Source: Antedon mediterranea
Lineage: Eukaryota > Animalia > Echinodermata
Direction of reading: 5' to 3'
DNA: 64,000 nucleotides
Assembly: GCF_964355755.1 (NCBI RefSeq)
Contig: NC_092673.1
Span: 30,439,648 to 30,503,647, forward strand
The position numbers were made by a program, and so were the translations under genes. Of the stretch, positions 11,301 to 26,300 are shown piece by piece (position 1 is the first letter of the stretch; each line of letters opens with the position of its first letter). The notes under the pieces are model-generated. The model was not told the origin of the DNA and did not search any database. It saw only the letters and a program-made list of their open reading frames with translations.

Positions 11301-14300
11301 TAGTGGTATATTATTTATAGGCCTATAAAACATTAAAAACAATATTTCGTTACTGAGTGGATAAGAATATATTTTAAAATGTTTCCTCTTTGTACCTATC
11401 TTCTTCCCCCATCCCTCAACCTTTAATGTTACATACAAAACACAAATTGGGTTTGTTTAAATGAGTCCAAATAAAAAAATTAGACTCATTTTGTTTCTCT
11501 CTCGGAAGTAATTCCCAGGGTGCTAATTTTGGTTGACTACATAAATCATTGTGTATATTTATTCGTTTCTGTAAACGACAATGTATTATAGTCCTGCGGT
11601 ACGTACATTTGAAATCTCCATTTTTTTCTCGCTGGAAATACTGTGTATTCGAGAACCATCTGTGGGCACGACCTAGTATTTTTTAATTTACGTAACCAAT
11701 CAGAGTTCGGGAAATGAGTTATGGGCGCGAATTCATCCATGCGAATCGAAAAGCTCAGCAGACAAGTGATGGACTGAACATCGTAGCTACAGTATTCGCG
11801 TCAGTGTGGAAAGGATAGCACAATTTTAAAGCATGAATATGAATACTATACCTTCTTTTATTACAGTGATTACTGATCCTGTCAAAATCACAAATCCGTC
11901 GTTTTCTTCTCTTCCCTGAGCTATTGTTTCATACACTAGTTAAAATTCAGTAGAAATAATAAGTATGACATAGGCCTACATAAACGTAAACAAACCAACA
12001 AAGTAGATAAAATTGCGCCACGGTAAGGATTTGTGTGAGGCTATAGTTATTTATATATATTCTTAAGATTTTTACCTTTGGTATAATATTGACACACAAA
12101 TTTGTAACATTGAAATTTCGGGGATAATTCAGAAATTCGTGACCAGCAATAACAATGCAACTGAACAAAACTAACCATTAAAATTTGATGCATGGTGCTA
12201 TAGACACATTTCAAATGGTTGTTTGAGTGGAAAATATTAAAGGATTACTAAGTTAAACAATTATTTTTTTCGGAAGGAAAATACCTTTCATCATCATTAC
12301 GGTACACAATAATATAATAATTATCATACTGATGTACACGATACTGTACTGTGAAACAGGATAAAATAGCCAGTAAAATTACCATAATCCATAGCTTTGT
12401 CAGTAACGCCACACGCATAATCTCCTTCTAATTCCTGTGGAGTAGGTAGTGGCGTTGGTCTTGGACACTTTGGACAAGCTCCTAAAACAAGTTGATGATT
12501 TGTTAAAACTCATACTATTTTTTTATTTATAAATTACTGAGTGTCTACTTAAACTTGGTACCGTGTAAATAATACAGTGTCAATTTTGAGGTTGTTTCTT
12601 GTTTGAGATTTCTCATATGACACCGCCCCACCACATGTCCCCAACCGCCGGGCCCAACCATTTTTGTTTGGTCTAAATTGGGACGAAACGTCCTGGCCGA
12701 CAAAGTCAAAACTTCCAAGGCCGAAAGTCCCCGTCACGAAACATCCCTAATTCATTTAAATTCTTCCCAAAAATTTGATTTTTATGTTCTTTTGGCCTAA
12801 GATCGATGATTCTAGTTGCTTTCAAGCAATTTGAGAAAGGTTTCTGATGGGCCTATTCATTTACACCATACACACCTGCAGCACATTGACAAAGATCTTC
12901 TTCACAGAACTGTCTTAGCTCAGTTTGGTCATCATGTGGATTGTAAAACTTTCTACATTTTTTTTCTGAAATGACAAAAGCATTGATACCAAATATGTAG
13001 AAACGTACTGTAGGCCATTAAAAACCAAGGCACAACTTAATATTATTGTGTCACTTAGGCCTAATGTGGTTTTTTTGACATTATTAGATAGACATATAAC
13101 TGCAGTAAAGATAAGTAAACGTAGCGTTGGACGATCTGATAAATGTTTGTTTTGTTTCACGGAACGAAAAACGGCACCATTATCTTCAACTATTTATAAA
13201 AATAATGTTCAATTTAACAATACGGTGCCGTCTTCCATCCCGTGAAACAGATGCGAATATACTGTAGCTTCAGCCTCTCCGTCGGTCCCCAATCATACCA
13301 AATTACACAACTTAGCATAATCCGATTTAAGAAATACGTTACCATATTTGAATTTTCACTAGGTGAAGTTGTTCGCGCAAATCGAAAGCACCAGCTTATA
13401 CGCATGCGTATTCATGTTTCATCTTCCAAATCCCTCTCTACGCATGCGTATAAGCTGACGCTTTCGATTTGCGCCAACAAATTCTGCATCTGCTTCATGC
13501 TCCATATTACTCTTGGTAATGTAACGAAAACAAACGTTTACCTGGTGAATAGTAATCGTAAACAGAGACTTGAGCAGCCTGAACGTTGAGCACCTCGAAA
13601 GACCGAACAACTTCAAACCTTAAAACTGTGAATTCTGATGTCAACTCTTGAAGATAAAATACCACCTTTCTATCTGCAATTTCGTAACGATCCACTGCGA
13701 CTGCATTGCTGTTGACAAGCTGTAAAATAATTTGTTAGGACAGAGATACTGAGATGATATTAAAAAATTGTCAAATCTGCAAAAACAATCTGTGATTAAA
13801 AATTTCGATCAATATGGCCTAGCTTACATATTATAAGCGTCACATATGTGACACATTACAGACTTATTGCATATGATACAGTACCAAGAATTGGTAAAAC
13901 ATGATTAACATTATTTTACCGTCTTTAGAGTACTTTCTACAGGAGTATATCCGGATATAAGCCCAATGTCCACAATTGCCATGTTTGTTTTCCCGTTTAG
14001 CTCTCTTCGATATCTGTAAACAATAAAATACATCCTCTGTGACATATTAACTAAACATAACGACATTCATTGCAAAATGCGACCAAGAACAATCATCTGT
14101 ACATACCAATTTTCTCCTTTTGTGACTGATTTAATACATTTCACAGTCTCACCGTTGTTGTTTAAAAAAAATAATTGGTACTTAGTACTATTAATAGTAA
14201 TACTTAGTCTAGGGCGGTAGACGGCAATTTGGCTTAATATTAAAACAACCTTTTAGTACATAAGGGGTGTCATATCGTACCAAACAATATGTATATTGGT

Positions 14301-17300
14301 TAATAAAATATGTGCAGTTATTGTCTTTTTTGTTAGTTCACCAACAATTCGATTTTTGTCGAGCCCAAGTATTATACGTATGAAACGCCAAATGTTCTTT
14401 TTAATAATATTAAGTCAAAACTAGAAACTAGACTAATGGTTAATATCAGAAAAAAAAATACTTCAGCCGGAAATCGATTAAAGGAGAACTACTTACTTGG
14501 TAGTAAGTGTTAAAATATGGATTTCGGGAGCCTCGGCTGCCTGTTGGTCGTTTTCTTTTTTCTTTGATGCTATGTCAATAAAAAAATCGCATTCCGATTC
14601 CTTATCACTAGCTGGACTATTATAAATTACCTCAACCTTTAAGAAATGTGCAAATATGATAAGAATATTACTGTAGACTGTATATATATGTTTTTTGTTG
14701 TAACCATTTTGTCTGAAACAAAACATGCTTTGGAAAAAACAAAAAACAAAAACGGATTTACCTGAGCTTGAGCGACACCGGTACCCGTACAATCCACCAC
14801 GACCTTGCCATTAACTTTACACTATAAAGATAAATACATTTGAGGTGTTATCGATGGCATCATGACATTTTTGGGTAAATTTGTTTATCAAACAATTGTT
14901 ACCTCTTGCAATCTCAAGTTAATGGAAGACGAATTAAAAAAATAACAACAATGGCGATTGGTGCACGGTTGCTTATAATTAGGCTGAAAAACACAATTTA
15001 GTGAACTAAATGCGGTTGAGAGCATGTACAAAAAACTGACCAAAGTCGACGACCTAGGCTAAGTTTACGGCTTTTGCTTTCTGCGGGTGAAATCAATTAT
15101 TGTAGGAGACGATTGTACACTGCATGGTCCGTAGGAGGTATTTTGTTATCCAATAAGAAGCTTTATAATCTTCTTCTTTCTTGGAAACATCCAAGAAACA
15201 TTGATTATATATGGCTTTTGGCCCAAATAAAATACAATGTAATAGTTAAATAAATATCATTTGAGTGCGTTTATAATCATAGTTATTCGGTTTGTGTCTT
15301 TTGGAGAGTCCTGCATCATTAACTAAGTTATGCTATTAGATCTGCTTGCAGCACTCACTTGCACTTCGCAATTTCTAGTATATTATGTAAATTAACTTGC
15401 CTACAAAAGCTTTCTGTAGTCTATTTATTGTATATCTACCTTTATCTGCTGTGAAAGATCTTTCTTTTCTTCATTAATATCGACACTGAATTCAGCGTCG
15501 CCTCCTGTGTTTGAAACTTTACAATTAATGGATACACTCGCTGTATCTGTATGAGTAGCATATGTTGCAAGAGCTTCAAGGGCAATTCCCGTACTCTATA
15601 ACATAATTTAGTATAACAAAATAATCAACAAAATAATCGCAAACAATATTGATACCGGGTTTCATCACAGTATTTATTTAAGGGGTTAGTGGTGGTGGTG
15701 GTTGGTCTTAAGTGAAGTAATGATTTATTATGCATATTTGAGAAAAAAACAAAGACAATACAGATTATTATAGTGAATTGTAGTAAAACCTGCCATTTTA
15801 AATGATATCTAACCTTTTCTCCCATAGAATTTTAAATTACAAACATTAAATTACAAACATATCTTAGAAGCTCAAAGATATTTTTAATATAGGTGATAAC
15901 ACCATGTATAGCGAACTTAAATACCGTTGCAACTGCGCATCAAGATATTTTATGAATACTTACAGAGGTAGTAGACCATCCTCGTTTGTAGTCTCCATGT
16001 TCTGTCAACCAATTCACCATTCCGTTAGCGTAAACAACTTCGTTCCTGTAAACGGCTGCCATCAGTGCGTAACCAGTTGCCTCTATAGTTAATGTAGATG
16101 TTTGCATCAACCAATGACGTGTGCCTTTAACTGGATCGAAGGAAGCTTCAAGTTTTACTTGAGCCCATAAAACATCAGCCATGTCACTTTCAGCAACACT
16201 CAAAGCATATGCCGCTACAATCCGATGATAAGGTGTGGTCAATGCGTTTATGTTGGCTTCAAGGTACGCTACAGCCTTGGATATTCTATCATCATAATTC
16301 TGTGAAATAAGAAATATTTCGTACAGTTCAAGTCATTAGCAATTAATTCAATATTGTTTTGGCCAGAACTAGGCCACATGTTGACTGTCACACGTGCCGT
16401 GTCATATCTATACTTGAGGTGGTCAAGTAAACATGTTACAAATTCCAAGACTGCTTATTGAGTAACATGTCTAGAAGTTACCCTTGATTTATCGTAATTT
16501 TTCCTTACATAAAGTTATATATATATACATAAATATAAGTAAGTCCCCTATCAATTTGAAAAAAACTTAAAACAAAAGAAAAACATACCACGTTACAAGC
16601 TAATGGATCACGTTCAATATTGGCTGGATTTGATTGTATAATCGTAATCATCACAAATGCCGTCATCATCAGATCACCACTGATACCGCCCTACAAAAAA
16701 CACAGAACACGTAATTTTACAATCTACAAGAAGGACTCTAGTGCGTCATGCCCGTTTGTCTCACGCATATACATGGTTATGTTACAATCAAGAATGTACC
16801 CTGAAAACGAAATTAGTATACCAAACAAAATAAAATGAATTAGAACCACTTACGATCATTTCCTGGTGGTGAGCATTGTATGTTTCCTGAAATTTTCCCT
16901 GTCCTTCACCAACGTCTTCGTAACTACTCCCTAAGAATAAGTACGCTTCACACAATTTCTCTTTGTCAACATAACCTCCCAACTCTAAAACCTCATAGAA
17001 CACTTTGATACTGTAAGATGTCAACCTAAAAGGATAAAGAGAGGTTACAAACTTCACAACTTTTAGTGGAGAAACATTTTTTTTCTCTTATCTCGAGGGG
17101 CTGGTGTTAATGCGATCTGATCTATTATATTATTATCTAATTACAAATCCGCATAAACGTACATCCTGGACAGATTCAAAACCCGACTTTAGCACTAAAC
17201 CACAGATGATATTGATCACAGTGGATCATTTTAAGTCACAGGCTCTTTCGGGCATTTTATATTCACTTAAGCTTGGTTCGCACTAGCGACGCAACGTAAC

Positions 17301-20300
17301 ACAACCTACGCAACGTAAGAAAATTCCCTTCCATTTTGTGTTTGCCTGTGTGAACTCATATTTGCGATTTTTGTATTTGGAATTTAACAGATGACAATAT
17401 AGTGTAGCCTACATTCAGTAACATTTTAATAACTGCACTTTTTTTCAAAAGGGCGACGCGGTACGATGTATCTGGGAAGATACAGGTACAATGATAATAC
17501 TTGTTTTGGTTCAAAGGGGATATTAGATCAAGGCAATCTAACAACAAGATGCTAAGCTCGCCTTGCTAAAATAGGAACTGTCCGTTGATTTTAGGATTGG
17601 CTGCGACAAATTCAAACTAGTTTTAGTACTGTTGCGTCGTCGGTTCGCAATACGGAAATTGCGTCAATACGTCTCTGCATTGCGTTGCGTCGCTAGTGGG
17701 AACCACGCTTTACAGCTTAGATTATAACTATTTCCTTACCATATACTTGCTGGCTTAGTAACCCAAACTGTAATTCCTCCGTTGTCTAATTGGAATGTGA
17801 TCATTCTCTCGTAGCCTATTTTATCAGAAAAAATATAATGGGTGTTCACAGTATCCACATTTTGAGAAAAGAGCGAATATATTATACGTCACATGGGCCT
17901 GTTCAAACTAGTGGATCGTAATCAACATCGCAATAGCGCGGTCTCGATCGACCGGTCTTGATCGACCGATCAGGATTGTGAATATTTTTTAGATATTAGT
18001 TAGTCAGAGCTACGTAAAAAATGTACATTAGCAAATAGAATCCCCCGCGGCTTCACTCATACAGCATTAGTAGAAAGAGTGGAATTTAATGGAGCACTTT
18101 TTATGTAACCATTTTCTTCCTTGCTGAGGTAAGAATACCGGGAAGTTAGGGATGACGCTATAGGGTAGCCTAAATTCACTAAAATTGTAATAAGTGCAGT
18201 TTTTTTCGAAAGGGCGACGCGGTACGATGTGTCTGGGAAGATACAAGTAAAATGACAATCCTTTTTTTGGTTCAAAGGGGATGATATTAGATCAAGGCCG
18301 GCTATGCTAAGCTCGCCTTGCCAAAATAAGAACTTGTAACAGTTCTTTGATCTTAGGATTGGCTGCGACAAATTCAAATTAGTTGCGGTTACAGTACCAA
18401 GTACATCATTCCCCGGTTTATGTTTAGGGGAGTGGAACTGATCGTGTCGCAAACACAAATAAAACATTTGATCAATAAGATTCCAGGATCCTGTGTTAGA
18501 TATAGCATGGAGGAAAAAAATAAAAAAATATTTTTCCTCCATGGATATAGATTGCCTTCATTGAATACTGTATTTTTTGCAGCCTTGAAAATAATTTATT
18601 TTTACAATAGAAATTTACTTTGTTTAATAAGTGCAAAGCCACGCTCTTCAACTTCGGACGTTACACGGTCTGTCTGTGACAAGTATACCATGGTATATAC
18701 GTTCGCCGACATTCGCTTCATGGTCTGTTCACCACATCCATTTGGCGTTTCAAACAGTGAAAATGGATCAAACCCATCGATGATTGCACTCACAGACGGT
18801 GACATCAAATCACCTACACAAAAAAGTATAACATTTAAAACAATACTACGATGTTGATATTGTGACATCGTAATAACATGATCATGAATAAAGTAGTATT
18901 TCTTTTAGCAAACAGGCCATTTTTTTTTTATAAAATGCAGACCTATATTTTAAAAATGTCGTGTAAATAGAACATAATAAGTAATCCTTACCAAAAAATG
19001 TAATGAAGCATTTCTCAGTGCCTGGTATAGCATTTACATCGGCTAGTTGTATATCAATGATATTGGTCTGCTTATTTTCTTCATCATCATCGAAAGCTAT
19101 CGAAATAAATACATTAATGTAAATTGGCATTACAATTTAGCATTGTAGGCGAAGCAAGCCCATTGAATAGAAATCATAATATAATAAGAAAACCAAGCTT
19201 AAAAATGTTGACTGGAACTAACTAACTAAATAGAAAAGAACGACAAGATCTGAGTACCCAGGCATCAATGCCTTCAATTAAAAGAAGCAATTGACGAATT
19301 GTTTTCGTTCAATTCATGGCATTAGTTTGAGCGCCGAATTCCAAATCATCATGTTCCGCGTCAATCATTTTAATAATTCAGAGCCTACTTTCAAGTTTAA
19401 ATAAAATACAGTTATAAAAGATAGTTACTAGCTGGTTCTAAATTTAATTCGTTTTCTAACGGCTGGTCTTCCTCTTCATTTTCTCCTTCTTCCGCAACAC
19501 CCTTTCGTTCGCCAGCTGGATCGATGAGAATTGTTACAGTGTTGTATCGTTCAACCCCTTCTGCCTAAAGTAAGGAGAGGAACTAATTAGGACATAAACA
19601 GCGTTTACACCACTCTTTGTTTCTGTATGGCGCGAGCCTTTAATAGACATTATAAACATAGAATAGAAAAAAGTGTATTTATGCATAGGCATTATTCCTA
19701 TTAGGTAAATTCACACGCACGTGCGAAGATTGGTAGAATATTTCCTTAAGCTCTGTCTACACTATCAAAAAAGTATGATGTGACCAAATATGGTAGTAGT
19801 ATGCCCAAATATATTATTGATATGACATCATCATGTCCATATTATGGGCACATCACTCTTTTTGTCACATACATTTTGATAGTGTAGACAGAGCTTAACA
19901 TTTGATACTTGTACTAGAAGAATCTGGAATTATGCAATAGTTTGATAGTTTTGATAGTGACAGTTTTGATATGATGCAAATAATCATCATTTTTTATTTT
20001 GTTATATAAAATTTTTTTATTTAAGTTAGTGCATTTATATTTATTTACTTTATTTTATATCATGTAATGTAATGTACTTTGGAAAGTATACTCTAAAAAT
20101 ATCATAATGTATGTTTTTTTTGTCTTGTGTGAGTTCATCTCACGTTTATTTAAATTCTCATTGGTGAATATATTATATACGTATAAGTACATTTGTGACA
20201 ATTAAAAGTAAGTGTTTAAAGTAGTTAAAATACAGGTATATTTACATAATAAGATGCTTGAATTCAGTATTAACCATATTTGTTTTCATTAAAATTTTAG

Positions 20301-23300
20301 ATACGATGTTAATTAAATTGTAAAAATGAAAAATGGCGGTAAAATACATGATTAAAATTTTCTTGTTAAACTATCTTATTTGTGATCTCATAATATCATA
20401 ATGTATGTACTGTACTATTTGAAACAATAAATGAAATGAAAGTGATTGGAGTTGCACTGAAGGCTCGCCACACAATTTAACAAAGATCTTACATTGTACG
20501 TTATATTGTGCGAGCACTTTTACCCCCAATGACAGTACATGATTTAAATAATCTTTATTGCATTTAGTTATTTGATGTGCCTAACTGTTTTTGTCGCTGT
20601 TTCTTGTTAGAATAGATGTTGTTCGATAGTTGTTATGAAGCAATTCTGATACGTCACATTAAAGAGTAGAAACGAAATATTTGCTTAAATGCTCAATGAT
20701 TGATAGATACAATGATAGACACAGAAGAGAGAAAAAAATCTTTACTGAAACCGCATACAAATACGCAAATTTACAAAACTATATTTACACGACAGCGCTT
20801 GTTTTATAATCATTGTACTTACAACAACCCGAATAAATTTTCTAATACCATCATTGCCATCGCTTGTAAATGATTTAACGTCTATAGGAAATAAACCTTC
20901 TTTTATTGGTATGATATTAAAGAACGTGGTGCTGGCATCATTTGGTTGTACGGTCAATCGATGTTTAGGCCCTTTTATTCCCGGAAGACTGTTCGAACAC
21001 ACATTTTCTGTACCATACATGTAAACATTAGCCTACAAATTAAAAAAAAAAACATCATTGATACCATAAGCATAAAACCACTCCATGCGTACGTGCAATA
21101 AATGCTAGTCAGGAATGTTAAGCTTTTTTCGAGATGCAAACGTGAACATGTTGACGTTTCTGATACCAGGAAATAATATATCTACTATGCCTTAAAACAA
21201 TTAATGGCTGTATGTAATACAAAATGGTGTAAACCTAGGCCTATCCTACCTGAATTTCTTTAGATCCGTAATTAAAGAGTGTCGCTTTCACTTGTGTCTG
21301 TTCTCCTTTAACAACTGAATAAGGAATCTTCAGCTGTAAAAATACATCTTTTGAAACCTCTATCTCTTTTTCGTCTGCTACACACATTCCCATAGCAGCG
21401 GACACTGATGAAGCCTGTACAATCCAGTTGGTAATACTGTCAGGTACGGAGAATGGAACGTCTGTCTGACCGCTATCACTAGAAACAGAAACCAGAAATG
21501 TTGAATAGTTGAAGCATCATTCTCACGGAGTACAGGTAAAGATTGCAATGGTGCGCTCAGTTAGTGTGGATTGGTTATCTCTAATAAACTACTTACGGAA
21601 TATCATATTCTTCAAAAATCCAAGTTTCTGGGAAATTACTTCTGACACCGACGTCTGAACTCTCATCGATCTCTATCTCATCATCGCCACCAACTCGACC
21701 AGCAATTGCATTTCTTTCCTCTTCTTTACTAGCACAACAGTTGTAGAATACTACAATCACGGGGTCAAGAAGATGTAAATTTGGCGGATCTCCAATTTCT
21801 TCTGGAACGGTTATACCCTTTCTTTTCCCAAATTTCTTGATTCGTTGTGCGCATGTCTTCTTAGGAATTTTTACAAAACCGGCTTCACAAGCTGAACATA
21901 ACTCTTCGTTTAATTTATACTCATCAAAGCACGATTGTTGATTGTCTTAAAATAAAACGTACAACTATTCATTCAGATATTTGGAAAAGACCTAGACTAG
22001 ATTATTATTAACATTGTTAATTATTTACGATTACTCGTTTGGAAATAAACGTGAAGAGGTCCTATAGATTTGTACAACACTCACCATCAGATGCTCGTTT
22101 TCGGCGTCGTTGTGACAGCGATGGGCATCCGTAGCCTAAATTATAAATAATTTTGCATTTAAAAAATTTAACTAAACAAATTAAGCTTGTAAAGGACTTT
22201 TTGTTTATATCACATTATTACTATTATTGTCATAAACATTATCATCATCGTTATAAATTCATTTAACAATTTATGAGATTTTATAGTCTATTTTTAAAAG
22301 TTGATCATACTTCTTTTTAAATTTCCTTTAAAAAAAAGGAAGTGAATTCCATTTTCCACAAAGTGTGTGGTAAAAGCATTGTTACAAACCTTCTCTAACA
22401 TCGGTTACATGGAAGTCTCCATACAATTTAGCATCTGTCATGGCAATCAAGCCCGCGTTCTCGAATACTTCCCTGCTATTTGCTCCGCCGCCTGGTCCAC
22501 AACCTAGATCAAGCGTCTCCATTCGCTGGAACATCTACAATTGAAAAGTCCGTTGTCTGAATACTAAATTAATATTTGTAAAGCGTTCACTGAAAACTCT
22601 TACTCAATAGAGTGTGACACATTTACCTGCAGATATTCACAAACCAATCTTTGTTAGCTTTCACATAGCAAGAATAAAAAAAAAATGAACAACGATTTAA
22701 TAACAACACCACACTAATATAGAATAGTGTTTTGTAACAGTCTATTATTTCGGTAAGGTATACTTAATACTGTTTCAAACCTTTTTTCTTGTTAAACGGT
22801 GGAAGTCCTTAAGGAAATAGACAGCTTCGTCAACAGCTAACAGTGCTACTCTACTCTGAGGTGGGCCAATAAGTGTTAACATTGTCTCTGCACTTGGTGA
22901 AAGAGTGGGATCATTTACATTAACAATCAACTGAAAATTGTAAAATAGTGTATTAGATTGTATTGGTAGTTTCATGTGGTTTCCTAGCTCGAATCTTCTG
23001 GAGAATGTCATTTTCTCCCTAATTTCAAAACAAAAATCGTTTTATCAGAGAAGAGTGAAATTGGTTAATTTCATTTTTCCTATATATATATAATTTATTA
23101 TTTGTTTGTGCATTATATTTTGTCATGCTAATACTGAAAAAGTATAGAAAGTTAAAATATAAAGAGCTCACCTGGGATTTACATTCCTTCACAATATCCA
23201 ATAATATCGAGTCAGACACAACTCTATCATTAACAAAGGCATATATGATCAGTCTGGCACTTGGCGCCATATCTTTTGTTATGTCGATACGAAGAGTTCT

Positions 23301-26300
23301 CGTTGCTCCAAGCTCGGAATCAAGATCTGAAGAATGCTCTACAATTTTACCTCTAACTACCACCTAATTACAGATTGAAAGAGATGATAGTAGATCAGGA
23401 ACAAGTTAGGTGAAATTGGGAGTAGTGCTTCTTCACTCAGTTTGTGTGGTTGGTTCAGGCGACAACGTACGTCGACGGTAAAACAAATTACCGTTAGAAT
23501 ACTGTAGGCCTACTCATAATCATAACAACTTTTACAAAGGAATTGAAATTGACAAAACAGACGGCAAATCCATAAAAGCTAACTTTATAGGCCGACAGAG
23601 TTTAGTAAAAGACTGAAAAATATTTAAACGTTTACGAGGCCGGTCAAGTAAAAAAAAAATGCAAATTTAAATGATTTGTACGTAGATAAAGATAGAAGAT
23701 AGGTAGGCTAACCTTTTTACATTTAATTTTCTTTATTTTGCTAAAATACATTTGAAATGAAACTGTGTAACTATTTAAAAATGTCAGTCTATATAAACTG
23801 AATTAATATTAAACTTACAATATGGTTCAAACCAACTACAGGAGCTGTTCCAGACTTGACTACTTCTACATCATAGTTTTGTGTTTCCTAAAATGAAGTA
23901 CAAATAGATAAAATATTATTTGTCATTATTTCTTTATTCCTTTAATAGTTTGTTTCGGACAAAAACACCAGAATAATATATACAAATTTACAGACATAGA
24001 TAAGCTCAAAACCGCTCGGTGATATACTGGAAAATAACTATTTTTTTAAACCGTTAAGATGAGGAAACGGTTAAGATGAAGAAATCGGTGGGAATTAAAT
24101 AAATATAAATATAAAATTAATATAAAGTTATGAATCACGCCAGGACGTTACATTCTGCCTCTCTGCTCTAGATTTTCTGTTTCTTCTTCATTACTCATAT
24201 ATTTACTTATACTCAACATTATTTAAGTTAGGAAATATGAAATCGAACACTACAGACAGCTTTGAGAAATAGACAGTATAATGATAAGAATCGTCAACCT
24301 ACCGGAATCTCACCAGGAGGCACTCTTATCTGTAAGTAAGCACCAGTTGCACTGTGAATTGGTTCAACGGTGAACTCATAAAATCCATTTGCTGCTTCAG
24401 GAAAGTCGTCGTCTAAAGTTATAATCTAACATAAACAAAACAACACCATTTCAATTCCAACTTATTTTTTCACTAGTATTTGAAGAAATGTAAAGGCAAA
24501 CTAAAGATCTATCAACACTATTAAACTTTATGTGACAAAAAATGTGATGTGCCCATATTTGAACATATTACTACCATATTTGGGCACATCACACTTTCTT
24601 TGTAAAACTAGTTTGAGCTTTAGTATAATATTGGAAACTTACAGTGATCGAAATGGATGCAGTGTCTTGATTAACGTCAACCCGGAAATCTACTTGGCCT
24701 AGGTCATTACTTGTCCTTTCCAGTAGAAAGTCTTCAGAGCCTATAAGCTTGCCTTTAATTCCGTTCTCATTAGTGCCATAAGCCTCAATTTCCGTCAGGA
24801 CTTGTGCTCCCGGAGACCCATCAGAGTGGAATAAATCAATCTAAGAGTGGAGAACTAAGTGATATTAAAACATTCCATTTCCAGCCAAAACGGTTGGTTT
24901 TCAATAAGCATTTTTATAATTCTTGACGCCAAATAAGAACACATAAAGGGATGCCGGACGCCAACTGTTGTAACCTTCTACCTCTAATCATATGTATTAG
25001 CAATTTCATCAACAAATTTTGGTTTAGCAATATCTTATTTACTTATGAAATAGCAATGCATTTTCAATTTTATCTTTAACAGAGCAGAATTCCAAATAAA
25101 TTAAACAATGTTGTAATACAAGTCAGAAAATAACTTTTAACTTAAAAAAATCAAAATGTTAAAATTACACTCTCTTTTCGGCAGTTATCTAAGTATTCTC
25201 CTACACACAGTTGTGATACTTGTTGAAAAAAAAATTAAATCTAAGTGTAACCCAGGCTACGAAAGTAGGCCAGTCTAAGAAGATGAAGGGTAACCCAGGC
25301 CACAAAAGTGTGCCAGTCAAAGAAGATGAAGGGTAACCCAGGCCACAAAAGTGTGCCAGTCAAAGAAGATGAAGGGTAACCCAGGCCACAAAAGTGTGCC
25401 AGTCAAAGAAGATGAAGGGTAACCCAGGCTACAAAAGTGTGCCAGTCAAAGAAGATGAAGGGTAACCCAGGCCACAAAAGTGTGCCAGTCCAAGGAAATT
25501 GCAACATTTACACATTCCTACTTCCTTACAAACAAAGAAAGTACTGACCAACATACTTTAAGTATGAGCTAATTATTTTAAGGATAAACTATTAGCTGAT
25601 CAAACTCCAAATAAGGAAATAGGCCTTGCTCAACAAATTCAGGTTGAGGGAAGATTGCCCAAGTTGGATTCTGTGTGTAAAGTCCACAGCCAGACGAGGG
25701 AATCGGTGGAGTGTATAAGCATCAAACTTCGAACGGGTTTACCACACCAAAAAGGGGACAAGCTCGACCACTGCCAGTTGTCAACAAACTTAAGTTTGAC
25801 TTGTTATCTAAATCTTTAAGCATACTTAATTATAAGTCGCATATTGTATAATTTGTATTACGATTTAGAATAATAACACATCTACTATAAGCCAACTATT
25901 GTGTACTCTTTTATTTATTATCTATGTGCAGTGGCGTATCCAGGATTTTGAAGTTGGGGGGGGGGGGGGGCCGGGAATTGCCAATTTGCCGACAAAATTG
26001 GTGTCATTATCTGTACATACACGACGTCTCTGATCAATATATGTTCTAGGATTACATAGTCATATTGTCTTATATAGGATAACGATGCAAAATTAAAACC
26101 AAACCAACATTATCTGTTAGTATGTTGTATTCATATTACAATAAAGAATTAGGAAAATCTGATTTGTAGTTTTCGAAATATAGGGTCTAAAACATCGCCG
26201 AAAATGATCGTTTTTAGCCACGAAAGAAGTAAAACAATTTGCGGCCTCAGTCGACAATTCTATTAACTACGCCATTTTTGGTTAAAATAATTACAAATAA

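Noticed and set aside
18057-18542. 161-aa ORF similar to the ORF at 17356-17547
   Set aside because: Both lie in copies of the same intronic MITE-associated repeat, and the frames are not conserved as a protein.
25247-25492. Possible CRISPR-like array
   Set aside because: Contiguous 43-bp units with no unique spacers, in a eukaryotic intron.
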